Assembly: GCA_023213395.1 (NCBI GenBank)
Contig: CM041465.1
Span: forward strand, 94,681,741 to 94,745,740
Length of the DNA stretch: 64,000 nt
Source: Cycas panzhihuaensis
Taxonomy: Eukaryota; Plantae; Cycadophyta
Direction of reading: 5' to 3'
Position 1 is the stretch's first letter; the number at the start of each line of letters is the position of its first letter. The translations under genes were made by a program, and so were the position numbers. The notes under the pieces were generated by a model that saw only the letters and a program-made list of their open reading frames with translations, ran no database searches and had not been told where the DNA came from. Positions 1 through 12,353 of this stretch are shown here, in pieces.

Positions 1-1258
1 TATTAGGAGGCTATTTAGGATTCGATAAAAAGTATTGATGGATTTATTTTAACTTCTTTTAGTTACATATAAAATTGTCCATTCTCACATTTATTTTAGA
101 ATGTGATATGTGTTAGTGCAATAAAGTTAACACTAAAGCTCAACTAGGTCTCTTATGACCACTTTACATTTTATAAGGAAAGTGGCCAAATATTACCATG
201 GATTTCATTATGGGTCTACCCTATTTACCAAGTATAACTCCATGTTAGTTGCCATTTATCACTTAACAAAATACATATACTTTTTTCTAATTCACACTTT
301 ATGTAAAGCATTGTGTCTTATAGATTAGCACATCTAAATAGTATTTTGATTACATGGCTTTTCATCAACCATTATATGTGATTGAGATCCCAAGTTTACT
401 AGTTCCTTTTGGTAAGAACTCTTTTGAGCCTTATACATATTGTTTAACATGAATTTTTCTTATTATCCTTAAATATATATCCAACCATAAGTTATTAATA
501 AAATGCTAGAGACTTCTTATGTTGTTTTACATCTAACCACTAGGCAAGATGGTCATCATAGGTAGCCCTTATAGAATACTGGTACAATTCCTCTAACCTC
601 TCACCACTTAGCCATAAGGATATCCTCATTCATGGCTCTTTATGGTCACTCTCCACTATCACACCAAACGCTAGACACCAACCTTTATACAACTACCGTA
701 TAATAAAAGCTATAATACATGGATTAAATTTTAAACATCCTCAAGAAAAATTTAGTTACAACCTAAAATTAAATGAAGTAATTAATAGACTACTAATATT
801 TGGATCACTTTTTTACCATTGGTAATCTTGTATTCCTATGCCTTGAACCATATAAGCAATAATCTCTCAAACCTCATAGGAACCACAAGCTGAGTCCTCC
901 TTACTATGGCCCTTATAAGTCCTCCAACATATTGGTGAAGTGGCCTATGCTTTCAAACTCCCACTTAATGCCAAGATTTATAATGTCTTTCATGTTTCCT
1001 ATCTCAAGAAATATCTTGGTAAGGGCATGAATCCATAAATAAACCTAGCAGTCTTAGATAAAGAATAAACTCTCATCATCCTCCTGGAATATATCTTGGC
1101 TAGTAGATAATACCATCTCTAGAATAAGATAAATTTTGAGTATTTAGTGCACTGGGATGACTATGAACTAGATGAGGTGACTTTGGAATCAATGAATTTT
1201 ATCAAATAATATCCACATCTCTTTGGCTTCAAAGATTTAGTATCTTAGGGGAGGGGAC
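1..1258 (+). mobile_element. 3' part of a decayed Ty3/gypsy chromovirus (Reina-like): integrase, chromodomain and PPT
   Basis: Manual translation gives GLL*PL (~145), KWPNITMDFIMGLP (~180), PYYGPYK (~900), YNVFHVSYLKK (~980) and the chromodomain EYLVHWDDYELDEVTLES (~1138-1190), with many stops. PPT aggggaggggac at 1247-1258. Confidence 0.88.
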
Positions 1259-1259
1259 C

Positions 1260-1700
1260 TATTACATAACCATATGTGGTTAGTATTATCAGGTTACTAA
1301 TACTTATGACTAAGGCACTAGGAGGTTAAGTGGCAGCTATTAACTTCTATGTATAGGCTACTAAATCCACCAATAAGATAAAACATTATTTAGTACACTA
1401 ATAGGATTATAGGGAAAAGGCCCTTTTTATCTATTTAAGGGTCATAGATTAGAGAAGAAGGTTGTTGTGTAATTACCTTCTCTTGACAGAATTATACTTT
1501 GGTACTCTTTAGTTCCTTTTTTGTTCATGTAGTGTTCTTTAGTGTATTTTATTTCTAAAAATTAGTTTCCAATATTAATATAATTGTAGTATTTCTTGTC
1601 TATTTTTCATTATCATTTTTGTGTACGAGTTAATAGTTAGAAAAGTCGTATCTGACCCCCTCATTATTTAATAAACCTTTTATTTTATATATGTTATCCA
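1260..1700 (+). repeat. 3' LTR of the chromovirus above
   Basis: Starts tattac (decayed tgttac) directly after the PPT. The right end is placed where Tat RNase H sequence begins; no partner LTR in the window. Confidence 0.6.
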
Positions 1701-1701
1701 C

Positions 1702-2019
1702 AAGTGAGTAATGGGGCCCTGCTAACCCAAGAATATGATTTAAGAGTGGAGTATATTGCCTATTTTATTAGTCACACCTTCATGGTCACTGACTTAATTA
1801 TACCCTTGTAGAAATAGAATACCTTGCCCTCGTGTTTGCCACTAAAAAATTATAATACTTCCTCCTCAAGAATATGACTAATTTCATTGTTTAATTTCAT
1901 TCCCTACACTTTTTAATGACAAAATATGACCTTATAGGACAAGTAGGAAATTAGTCTATCCTCATAGAGGAATATAACCTATAAATTATTAACCAAAAAT
2001 TTAAGAAAGGGATGGTTTC
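1702..2019 (+). pseudogene. Tat-type Ty3/gypsy RNase H fragment
   Basis: Colinear with 25070-25380 of element C (GALLTQEYD...AYFISHTFMVT*LNYTLVEIEYLALVFATKKL*YFLLKN...). Confidence 0.8.
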
Positions 2020-2313
2020 TGTTAGGTGTAATGCCTAATTACATAATTACCCTCATGTAATCTCTCTCTATATTATGTGTATTTTATATTTAAGGTTGTG
2101 GGCTACATAGAGAAGTGTGCCACCTCTAGTTCTCTCACTAATGGTGAGCTTGTACAATAAGTATGTACACTATTATTTATTCTAATTTGAGTTTTATTCA
2201 TTTTTCCATATCTTGCATTCATTTGTACATACTTCATCTTATTTGAGCTTCATTGTTATATGTTTAACTCACCATTATATCTTTTGTATGTATTACATAT
2301 TCAAATTCTAACA
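2020..2313 (+). repeat. 5' LTR of a truncated LTR retrotransposon
   Basis: Terminal inverted repeat tgttag...ctaaca, immediately followed by a PBS-like sequence. Confidence 0.7.
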
Positions 2314-2333
2314 TGATATTAGATACCAAGGTT
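2314..2333 (+). promoter_or_regulatory. Primer-binding site (tRNA-iMet type, decayed)
   Basis: tgatattagataccaaggtt resembles tggtatcagagccaaggtt and is adjacent to the LTR end. Confidence 0.65.
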
Positions 2334-3137
2334 GAATCCTTGAAGGCATTATTGTAGAGCTTTATACAGGTTATCATTTTTTGATTTTTTGGAAGCCTTG
2401 TCAATTTTTTCTTATACCTACTTTGTAACCTGATCATTATTCACTTGAAGGATTATTTCAAGTTATTTGAAGCTAACTTATGCACATTTTTTAAGGGACT
2501 GTTATCAATATTTTTTAGTGGTTATTTTGATGTTGTTATGAGACTATTTGAAAGCATGTTTTGGAGTATTTTTGAAGCTATTTGAAGTCTATTTTTAAGA
2601 TGCTTATAGTGGATAATTCATATGCATGTGGTGCCAAAATAATATTACATGCATGTTCTTCATGGTGAAGTCTATAGAAATATTTCTTCCTTGTGTAGAT
2701 TCCAATTACTATGTAATTATCTCCTTTGCATGCCAGTTGCTAGATTGTAAAGGGATTATTGATAGCAATTGAGAAAGTCCTTTCTTGCTATTCAGAGGCC
2801 AGAAGTGACTCTAAATTTAAAAAGTATTTATAGATTTGTAGGTGAATAATAAAGGTCAAAATATATTTTTGTTCAAATATGTATCCTCCTTATGTTGTTA
2901 CTATATTGAAAAAATAAAAAATTTATATTTATAGCCTTCAATATTTGGCCTGTATTTTTATGTATTAAAAAACAAAAAAAAAAAGGGCAAAGAAGAAGGT
3001 TTTCTAAGTTTGTCTATTTGGAGGCCATGATGAACGAGGAAGAAGAAAAACCAAGGGGGAAGGATAATGATTTTGAATTCTATTTAAGTGTATTAAATGA
3101 GTCTCTGTTAATGCTACCACTTCCTTAGCCACTTTCA

Positions 3138-3503
3138 TATTGGGATAACACCAAATGTGCATTTATTAACGTACAACTAAGGCCCCTCAAAGCCACCTTT
3201 AGGGCTCCCTAGGGCAGCTTGGGCCACATAACAACCACCAGCAGCCACCCATATGCTGGTAGACCACTATTAAGATACATGAACATTTATTATTTTTATT
3301 TTTTAATACTAATTTGAATTCTATTATAGGTCAAGTTGAGGTGCTTTCCACCTCCCCAAAATCTTCTATAAAAGGGGTGGGAATACCTCCTTAGTGTTTT
3401 TTAACATCACCCTTGATTCATCAAAAATTTTACTCTAAAGAGATACAATGCACTCATCAATGTGAATGTCCTACTTTGATACCAAATAAAGGATGAGGTA
3501 CAG
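3138..3503 (+). repeat. 5' LTR of A0 (last ~25 bp plus PBS inverted)
   Basis: Direct-repeat alignment to 6322-6660; segment 3479-3500 is the reverse complement of the LTR end plus PBS. Confidence 0.88.
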
Positions 3504-6310
3504 GTAGTGGCAAGTGTGTTATCAAAAATTAAAGGAGAAATAAGGCTATAGTATCAAAAGGAAAGATGACCAACGATCAATTATTCAAACTTACTCTTAC
3601 TCCTTCAGATACCTATGCCATAAGAACTACAACTAAATTGGATAAAAAAATGTGGCATAGTAGATTTGGCCATCTTAACTACAATAGTTTTGCCCTTATG
3701 AAGAGAATGGATATGGTAAATGGGTTACCACATATTAAAGTAAACAAAAACCTATGTGAAGGATGCCTTCTTGGTAAACATCATAGGGAAAGTTTTCCAG
3801 ACTTTAGTCATCGAGTATTAGGTCTACTTCAACTGGTATATACTAATATCTATGGTTTAATGAATACTCCATCATTAGTAGGTGCTCAATACTTCATAAC
3901 ATTCATATATGATTTCACAAGGAAGACATGGGTATTCTTTCTTAAATATAAATCAGACGCCTTTCAACACTTTGTTGATTTTAAAACCCTTATGGAAAAA
4001 TAAAGTGGATACAAGTTACTATCCCTAAGATCAAATAATGGGGGAGAATTTATCTCCAATGCATTCAAGGATTATTATGTTCACCATGGCATTAGAAGAC
4101 AACTCACTAATCTCTACACCTCATAACAAAATGATATAGAAAAGAGAAAAAATTATACAATAGTTGAAATGGCTAGGTGCATGTTAAAGGACAAGAATTT
4201 GGGACATGAATTTTGGGATGAAGTAGTATGTATAACTATCTATTTACTCAGTAGGTGCTCCACCAAAGCCCTTAGGTGGAAAACTCCTAAAGAAGCTTGT
4301 ACTGACTACAAACCAAGCATATATTATCTTAGAGTCTTCAAATGCCTAGTCTATGCTCATGTTCTTGATCAACGAAGATCCAAGTTGGATGATCATAGCA
4401 TCAAATATATATATCTTAGTTATAGGGAAACATCCAAGTCATAAAAAGTTTATGACCCTAAATAAAAAAGGGTCATGTTAAGCAAAGATGTTAAATTCTA
4501 AGAGGATGCCTATTATCAAGACATTTAAGAAAAGAAGAAGGAAGTTGCAATCAAGTTTGATTAATCATACAAATCCAAATATATGCCTCCTATGTTTGAC
4601 TCTAGAAGAGTCATCAATGAACTTAGTGGGGAGGGTACTTCCTCTCAACCTCCACCACAAAATCTACTAAAATGGGTTCATCAGAATCATGACTTGGACA
4701 ACATATTGGATAATAATCATAGATCCACATGCTCACATAGGGTTAATTTTGCCCTCATGAGTAAAGTATTGGAAACTCATAAGCCTTAAACCTTTGATGA
4801 GGCCAATAAGCATGCATATTGGCAAAAAGCAATGGAAGATTAATACCATTTTATTGTTAAAAATGACACTTGGAAGTTAGTTAATTTACCTCCAAACAAA
4901 AAGGCCATTAGCACCAAATGGATCTATAAAACCATATTTCATTTAGATGGATCTATTGACAAATGCAAGGATAGATTGGTTGTTAAGGATTATGCCCAAA
5001 AAGAAGGCATTGAATATACTAAAAATTTTGTCCCTATTTCTTGGATGGAAATAATTAGAATGATGATGAGCTTAGCCACCCAAATGGGTTAGAAAGTTTA
5101 CCAAATAGATGTTAAAAGTGCCTTCCTCAACAACTATATCGAAGAGGATATTTATGTCACTTAACCCCTTAGTTTTAAAGTCAGGGGGTAGAAAACAAAG
5201 TGTATAAACTTAAAAATACATTCTATGGATTAAAATAAGCAGCCAGGGCCTAGTATTCTCACATAGACAAATACTTCAAAGATTAAGGTTTTGAAAAATC
5301 TTAAGCATATCCTAATCTATACATTTAAATGAAGGGAGACTCAATCCTAATAGTAGGAATTTATGTGGATGACCTTGTATATACTGGAAATAACTCTCAC
5401 TTATTGTAATAATTTAAGGATGCCATGTGTAAAGAATTTGAGATGATAGATTTAGGGCTAATGCATTACTTCCTAGGTTTAGAAGTATGGTAAGACAAGA
5501 AAGGTATTTTCATTTCCTAATGGAAATATACCCTAGATTTATTACAAAAGTTCAGGATGACTGATTGTAAACTGTTGGAAACTCTAGTAGAAACTAGAAT
5601 CAAGCTCTCTAAGTCAAAGGATTCTATATTAATTGACCCTATGCTTTACAGATAACTTATCAGTACCTTGATATATTTGACATCCACTCAACTTGATATA
5701 ACACACTTAGTTAGTGTTGTATATAGGTTTATGCAAGATCCAAAGACCACCCATTGGCAAGTAGTAAAAAGAATTCTTTGATATCTCAAAGGAACTTTAG
5801 AATATGGGTTATACTACAAAGCTTTTCTAAAATTTCAGTTGACTAGTTATATAGACTTGGATTGGGCAATAGACATTAATAACAGGAAATCAACAATAGG
5901 TTATAAGTTTAGTATGGGATCAACAGTTATAGCATGGAGTACCAAGAAACAGAACACAACTTCCTTATCTACAACTGAGGCATAATACAAAGCATCAGTT
6001 GCAGGTGTATGTGAATCAATTTGGTTGAGAAGACTACTACAAGATTTCTAGCTAAAATAAAAAGGTCCTACCAGAATTTGGTGTGACAATTAGAGCACTA
6101 TTCAAATGGAAAAGAATCTAGTTTTTCATGGTAGAATAAAACACATCGAGACTTAGCATCACTTCATTCGAGAACTAGTGTAAGCAAAAGAAATTGAATT
6201 AGCCTATTCTAATACTAAAGACCAAACAACATATATCTTCACAAAGTCATTAGGCAAAGTTAAATTCTAGAAATTTAGAGATAGTTTGGGAGTTGTTCAC
6301 ATTGGGCATT
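3504..6310 (+). pseudogene. copia pol remnant: GAG-pre-integrase, integrase, RT, RNase H
   Basis: ORFs 3566-4003 (MWHSRFGHLN...CEGCLLGKHHR...RKTWVFFLK) and 4169-4444; RT GIYVDDLVYTG (~5360); RH CDN*STIQM...VFHGRIKHIE (~6080-6150). Many stops. Confidence 0.92.
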
Positions 6311-6321
6311 ATGAGGGAGAA

Positions 6322-6677
6322 TGTTGTGATAATACCTAATATGCATTTATTGACGTGTACTTAGGGCCCCTCAAAGCTACCTTTGGGGATCCCTAAGGCA
6401 CCTTGGGCCATATAACGACTGCTAGTAGCCACCCATATGCTGATGAACCACTATTAAGGTATGTGCACATTTACTATTTTTATTTTTTAATACTAATTTG
6501 AATTCTATTATAGGTTGGGATTGAGGTGCTTACTGCCTCCTTAAAATCTTCTATAAAAGGGGTGGGAATACCTCCCTAGTGTTTTTTAACACCACCCTCA
6601 ATTCATCAAGAATTTTACTCTAAAGAGCTATAATGCACTCGTCAATATGAATGTCCCACTCTGCACCTCATCCTTCA
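6322..6677 (+). repeat. 3' LTR of A0
   Basis: tgttgtg...ccttca, between the PPT and the TSD. Confidence 0.9.
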
Positions 6678-7144
6678 TTTCAAACTTCTAAGATTGCTTA
6701 TCTTAGATAAGAGGAAATATGGAATAGGCTCCCTATTGAAAGTAGGATGGTGAAACCTAGAAAGATTACAACTTATGCTTATGTAAACAAATTTACTATT
6801 GGCACAGATTCATTCTAATTATACTACTTATGTTGGGTTTATTGAGGCATAGATGATTCTAGGAGTCACCCATTATTCCCTTTGCCTCTTCTTCTCTAAG
6901 ATTGTGGATTATTCAATTTGTACTAGTTGCCTCTATACACTATTTGCCCTTATGTGACCACTTTGAAGAAAATCTTATCAATATTGGCATGCTATATATA
7001 GCAAAGAACATCACAGTTGCTTTGGTTATTGTCGATAAAACCCTTAATGGTGGTAGATTTATGGGTAGTTACGTACTCCTTGTTTGGGATATTTTTATGC
7101 TCATTTATTTTATAGTAGAGTAGGCCATAAGTGAATATAGAATA

Positions 7145-7420
7145 ATGGGAATTGAGAAGGAGGTATTAAGGGCAGGTAATAGCCCCAATCCTCACCCTAA
7201 CCAGAGAGTCACTATGCATTACACTAACTATGGTAAAAATGGTAATTTATCTCAAAAGTTCTAGAGCACCAAAGATCTAGGATAGGTGTCACTCTCCTTC
7301 ATAATTAGATAAGGATCTATTATCAAGGGTTGGGATGAAGGTGTATTAGGCATGCAAGTGGGAGAAGTTGCTTGTCTTTAGTATTCATTAGATTATGCAT
7401 ATGGTACAAATGGATTCCTT
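7145..7420 (+). pseudogene. FKBP12: Processed (intronless), 3'-truncated FKBP12 peptidyl-prolyl isomerase pseudogene
   Basis: One frame, 92 codons: MGIEKEVLRAGNSPNPHPNQRVTMHYTNYGKNGNLSQKF*STKDLG*VSLSFIIR*GSIIKGWDEGVLGMQVGEVACL*YSLDYAYGTNGFL. It is colinear, without indels, with plant FKBP12 (MGVEKQVIRPGNGPKP...LSQKFWSTKD...VIKGWDEGV.GMQ.GEVARL.C..DYAYG.GGFP). Four in-frame stops; last ~20 codons absent. Confidence 0.93.
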
Positions 7421-8130
7421 ATGACCTGTAAACACCAAATAATAGTAGCCATATAGATGAAGGACATTATAGTAGAACCCTAAAAATTTTTAGTGTTAAT
7501 GAATTAATATTAATTTTTTGTTCATATTATTATGGCATATGTTAATTTTTGTTAAAAGGGATTTATATTATTTTGTAAACATAAAAATAAATTTAATTAT
7601 TTTTAATAATTTTTGAGATCCACTCAACCCATTTATACTTTAGCCCCTAGTCATATGAAGGGACAATGTGACTAACTATTGGAAAATGAAAGGGACTAAG
7701 TCCTTGTTTTTTATCCCTTATAATATCTTTGTCATATTTTTTGTTATAGCTTGAGCTAGAAGGCTTCGTTTTTAGTCCCATTAGCTATGTTAGATTCATA
7801 ACAAAGATATCTTTCTTTTGGTAGGTGACTTGATATTATTTTGAGCTATTTCTATGTAGAAAGTTTACTCCAAAGTTAAAATTTCTCTTTAAAACTTTAT
7901 TTTTCTTCTTCTTTTTTAACTTCTTCAAGAATATATATGCAGTTTTAAAGGCTTCATGATATTTATTAATATGATGTACCCCAAATCGGGGGGATAACAC
8001 ATACTAAGGTCTTATTTTTTGGCTCTAGAGAACCCATTTTAAACTTTATTATATGAGAGAGAGTCATTCATGTTACACTTAAGTCACATCTATTTTTCAA
8101 GTCGTGTATTAACATTATTGCTAGTTTTTT

Positions 8131-8215
8131 AGCCCATAGAGGCATGATGTAAGCCCATGGTGGCATGATATAAACTTAAATAGGCATGTTTTTATCCCAT
8201 GAGGTAATTTGAGGC
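8131..8215. repeat. Degenerate ~21-bp tandem repeat (3-4 units)
   Basis: gcccatagaggcatgatgtaa / gcccatggtggcatgatataa / acttaaataggcatgttttta. Confidence 0.55.
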
Positions 8216-8307
8216 CATAGAGCCCTTTGAAGACAACTTGCATTCCCATATAAGCAAGGGGTATGACACCTTTACAATGACACTCTAAGGCATTAGATTA
8301 TGCATAT

Positions 8308-8605
8308 AATCATTATGAGTAGAGATGTTATCTTCAAAAAATATGATTATTATAAGATAAAACTTAAGAAGGATAAAGAAAAGAATGTCATCATAGAATT
8401 TAATTTACATCCCATATCAATAAATATGCCTTCACATGTGTTAGAATTAAATGAATCAGGTTCTAATGAAGCTTGATCTTCTACATCTACTCAAAATATT
8501 CTAAAGTGGGTATGAAGACAAGATTACGCAGTGAATATGCTAGACAATAATCTTAAAAGGAGATCCACATGCTCAAATAGAGTCAATTTTGCTCTAATGA
8601 AAGGT
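8308..8605 (+). pseudogene. copia family A fragment (post-integrase linker)
   Basis: IIMSRDVIFK...QNILKWV*RQDY...RRSTCSNRVNFALM; homologous to 4470-4760 and 49665-49950. Confidence 0.85.
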
Positions 8606-11600
8606 GTCTTGGTAACTTATAATATTTCCTATTATTATCATGATTGGTTATTGGAATCGAGTGCTTCACACCACATATGTCCATGTAAAAGTTAATTTTC
8701 ATCATACCAACCTCTTGATGGTGGTGATGTACTTATGGGAAATGAAGTTTCTTATAAGATAATGGGCATTAGTAGCATTAGAATTAAAATATTTGATGGT
8801 GTAGTGAGAACATTAACTAAAGTTAAACATGTACCTGATCTAAAAAAGAATCTGATTTCCTTAGGTGAACTAGATTCTGGTGGTTATAAGTAAACATGTC
8901 ATGAAGGAGTCTTAAAGGTGTCAAAGGGTACCTAGGTTATTATAAAAGCCTTAAAGAAAGGAAACCTTTACATTTTAGTAGGAAGCACAGATGTCAACCA
9001 TGCAGCTATAACATCAAAGACTATAGAAGACCCAGCCCAGTTATGGCATCAAAGACTTGGGTACATAAGTGAGAGAGGAATTAAGGTGCTGATGAACCAT
9101 AAGTTGCTTCCTAATTTACAAATTTAGATTTGACATTTTGTAAACATTATATTTTTGGAAAGTAGTGTAGACTCAAGTTTAAAGTAGGGAGTCACACTAG
9201 TAAAGATGTTATAGATTACATACATTCAGATGCGTGGGGACTATCCCCTACAATATCTTATAGAGGATTATTATACTTTATCACATTTATAGATGATTAT
9301 TCTAGAAAGGTATGGGTCTATTTTTTGAAAAGGAAATCTAAAATTTGTAGTGTATTTAAATAGCTCAAGGCTTTGGTTAAGAAGAGCACTAGCAGATCAA
9401 TCAAATATTTAATAAGTGATAATAGAGGTGAGTTCAACTCCTTGGACTTTGAGAACTATTATAGAGAAGCTAGGATTGAAAGGTATCAGACTACTAACTA
9501 CACTTTGCAGCAGAATGGCATAGTTAAGCAGATGAACAAGACACTCTTGGAAAGAGCAATAAGTATATTGAGTAATACAAGTATGGAGCAGGGCTTATGG
9601 GTAGAAGTTATTCAAACAACTTGTTATTTAGTAAATAGGTCACCATCACTTGCAATAGACTATAAGATTCTTAAAGAGGTATGGACTGGACATCCATGTG
9701 ACTATTCAAATTTGAAAGTTTTTAGTTATGATGCTTATGCCTTGACTAATAAAAGTCAACATTTAAAGTTAGGCCTAAAATCTAAGAGATGTATCTTTGT
9801 TAGTTTTGGTGATAGAGATGCTATGAAGGGATTCAGGTTATGGGATCCTACTGCCCATAAACTCACTATTAACATAGATGTTGTGTTTGATGAATCTCCC
9901 TTTTTAAAATTAGACAGTATTAAAGTTAAAGTAAAATAAGAGTAGAAATCTAAACATCAATAGGTTAAGATTGAGACCTAGCTATCTTTGAGAACAAAAG
10001 AGTAGGAATACTTTTCTAAAGATGAATCTGTAGTAGATTTATAGTAGTATATGGACACTCCTCCACCAACTTTTAGAAGATATACATAAGTTAGTAATCC
10101 ACCTGATAGGTACAACCCTTCTATTTCTATTACTTTAGTTTCTAATGATGGTGAGACTACATGTTATTAAGAAGTAGTAGATGATATCCATAGTGAAAAG
10201 TAGAAGAGGGTTATGTAAGAAGGGACAAATGCTTTGAAGAAAAATAATTCATAAGACTTAGAAAAACTTCCATATGGTAGGAAGACTATTAGTTATAGGT
10301 GGATTTTTAAGAAGAAAATGGATGTTGATGGAAATGTTGACAAATACAGGGCAAGACTGATGGCTAAAGGTTTTACACAGAAAGTAAGTATTGACTTTCA
10401 TGAGATCTTTTCACTAATTATCAAACTTGTTTCAATTCAGGTTTTATTAGCATTGGTAGCTTCTCTTGATTTGGAGTTGGAGTAGTTACATGTAAAAATA
10501 ACTTCTCTACATGGAGATTTAGATAAGGAGATCTATATGGATTATCCAAAAGGGTTTATATAGGATGGTAGGAAAAGACTTATTTACAGGTTCAGAAATC
10601 ATTGTATGGCCTGAAGCAATCACCTAGGTAATGGTACAAGAAGTTTGATGCTTTCATAGAGAGCTAAAATTTTAAAAGAAGTGAGTATGATTATTATGTT
10701 TACTTTAAATTCTTAGACAATGGCTTATTCATTATCTTGGTATTGTATATTGATGACATGCTGGTTGTAAGTAAGAGCATAGCAAAAATCAACAAGTTAA
10801 TGACTCAATTGGCTAGGACTTTTGATATGAAAGATTTATAAGCTACAAAATAAATCTTAGGTATGGAGATATATAGAGATAGGAAAAATGGTAATCTATG
10901 GTTATCACAATAAAAATATATGGAAAAAGTGCTAATCAAATTTGGTATGGCAAATGTGAAACCAGTGATTATCTTGTTGGCTTCCCATTTCAAGTTTTCT
11001 TTGAGTATGAGTCCTAATAATGAAGAAGAAAAGGATTATATATCTCATGTACCTTATGCTAGTGCATTCAGAACTTTGATGTATGTCATGGTATATACAA
11101 GACCTAACATTTTACATGTTATCAATGTAGTTAGTAGGTTTATAGAAAATCTAGGAAAGGAACATTAGGTAATAATGAAATAGGTGTTTTAATATTTGAG
11201 AGACACAAGTGATTATTACATCACTTTTAAAGGTATAGGTAATCAGGTTTGTGGATATGTTGATTTAGACTTTATAAGAGATTTACATAAGAGAAGGTCT
11301 ACTTCAGGTTATACATTTACTTTTACAAATGGTCAAATTAGTTAGATGTCAATTTTATAGAGTATAATTGTATAATCAAACACAAAAGTAGAATATATTA
11401 TTGTAGTATATACTTCTAAAGAAGCAATATGTTTGTAGGGTATATTAGTCAAGCTTAAAAGGAAATAAAAGAAGGTAAATGTATTTAGTAATAATCAAAG
11501 TACCATTTACTTAGCAAAGAATTCAACTTATCATATTAGGACAAAGCATATTACTTTTAAGTACCATTTTATTAGACAAGTTGTGGAAGTAGGTGGAGTG

Positions 11601-11711
11601 GCACTTAAGAAGGTTAACATAAAATAAAATTGTGCTAACATGTTCACAAAACTAGTACTATTAGAGAAGTTCAAATGGTGTTTAACTTCTCTTAGCTTGT
11701 AGAATAAGTGA
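8606..11711 (+). pseudogene. copia pol (protease, integrase, RT, RNase H) of B1
   Basis: DWLLESSASHHICP, LWHQRLG, ORF 9373-9939 (integrase), LVLYIDDMLV, ORF 10920-11168 (VPYASA), YHIRTKHI. Confidence 0.9.
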
Positions 11712-12335
11712 TAAATGGTCAAAGAAAGGTATCAAGTAAATTATTATCAAGGTGGAGATTGTTAGATAATATGACATAATGTTTTAGAAGTTAAAATTTT
11801 GATAGGTTGGTAGTGCAATTTCCCCCTTAAACTTTTTTGAGGGGATCTAAGGAGGAGGGGAGCCCCCCTTGACTAGGAGTCTGAGAGGGACTGGAACCCC
11901 CATGAAAGAGGGGGTTCAAGGGTGATATCCCTTGACCCAAAAATCTAACACTATAAAATATACTAAATTGCAAAGAGAATTGGGGTCATTCATTCAAAAT
12001 ATCTCAGATTCTATGGTTGAGATTTATGCCTTATATGACTCTCTTATATAGTATAATTTAGGGTGTTTTTTCATTATGTTGATGGTATTTGATGTATTGG
12101 ATATACTGTATTGGGTAGAGGCAGCTAGTTATTTTTGATGTGAGCATTCTACTGTAAATTATGTACATTTCTTTATTCTTAGATAATAAAGATCAATACC
12201 TTTCCTTTGTGGATGTTTCTCTAGCACACTGCTAGGGTTTTATCATGTTATATCAAGTGTATATATGATGCTTTGGATTTCTAATTCATTTTATTATATT
12301 ATCTCTGCTTGGATTTCTAATTCATTTTATTGTAT
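8606..12335 (+). mobile_element. Ty1/copia element B1 (Tork/Tnt1-like), 5'-truncated: protease to partial 3' LTR
   Basis: Colinear with the reverse complement of B2. PPT aaggtggagat at 11749-11759; LTR begins tgttagata at 11760 and loses similarity around 12270-12335. Confidence 0.9.
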
Positions 12336-12353
12336 TAGTGATATTTTATTATT

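Larger units (their letters stand above)
3138..6677 (+). mobile_element. Ty1/copia element A0 (family A, Ivana-like), internally deleted: no leader, gag or protease
   Basis: Paired LTRs at 3138-~3503 and 6322-6677; perfect TSD tttca at 3133-3137 and 6678-6682; PPT atgagggagaa at 6311-6321. Confidence 0.92.

Noticed and set aside
2003-2019. Purine run before the LTR at 2020 as a PPT
   Set aside because: It aligns to Tat pol (25365-25380), and the LTR is followed by a PBS, so it is a 5' LTR.
6440-6460. Hammerhead ribozyme core (ctgatga)
   Set aside because: No matching GAAA or helices seen, and the motif is not conserved in the partner LTR.
6902-7123. Hydrophobic 73-aa ORF upstream of FKBP12
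   Set aside because: No recognisable homology; expected by chance in T-rich DNA.
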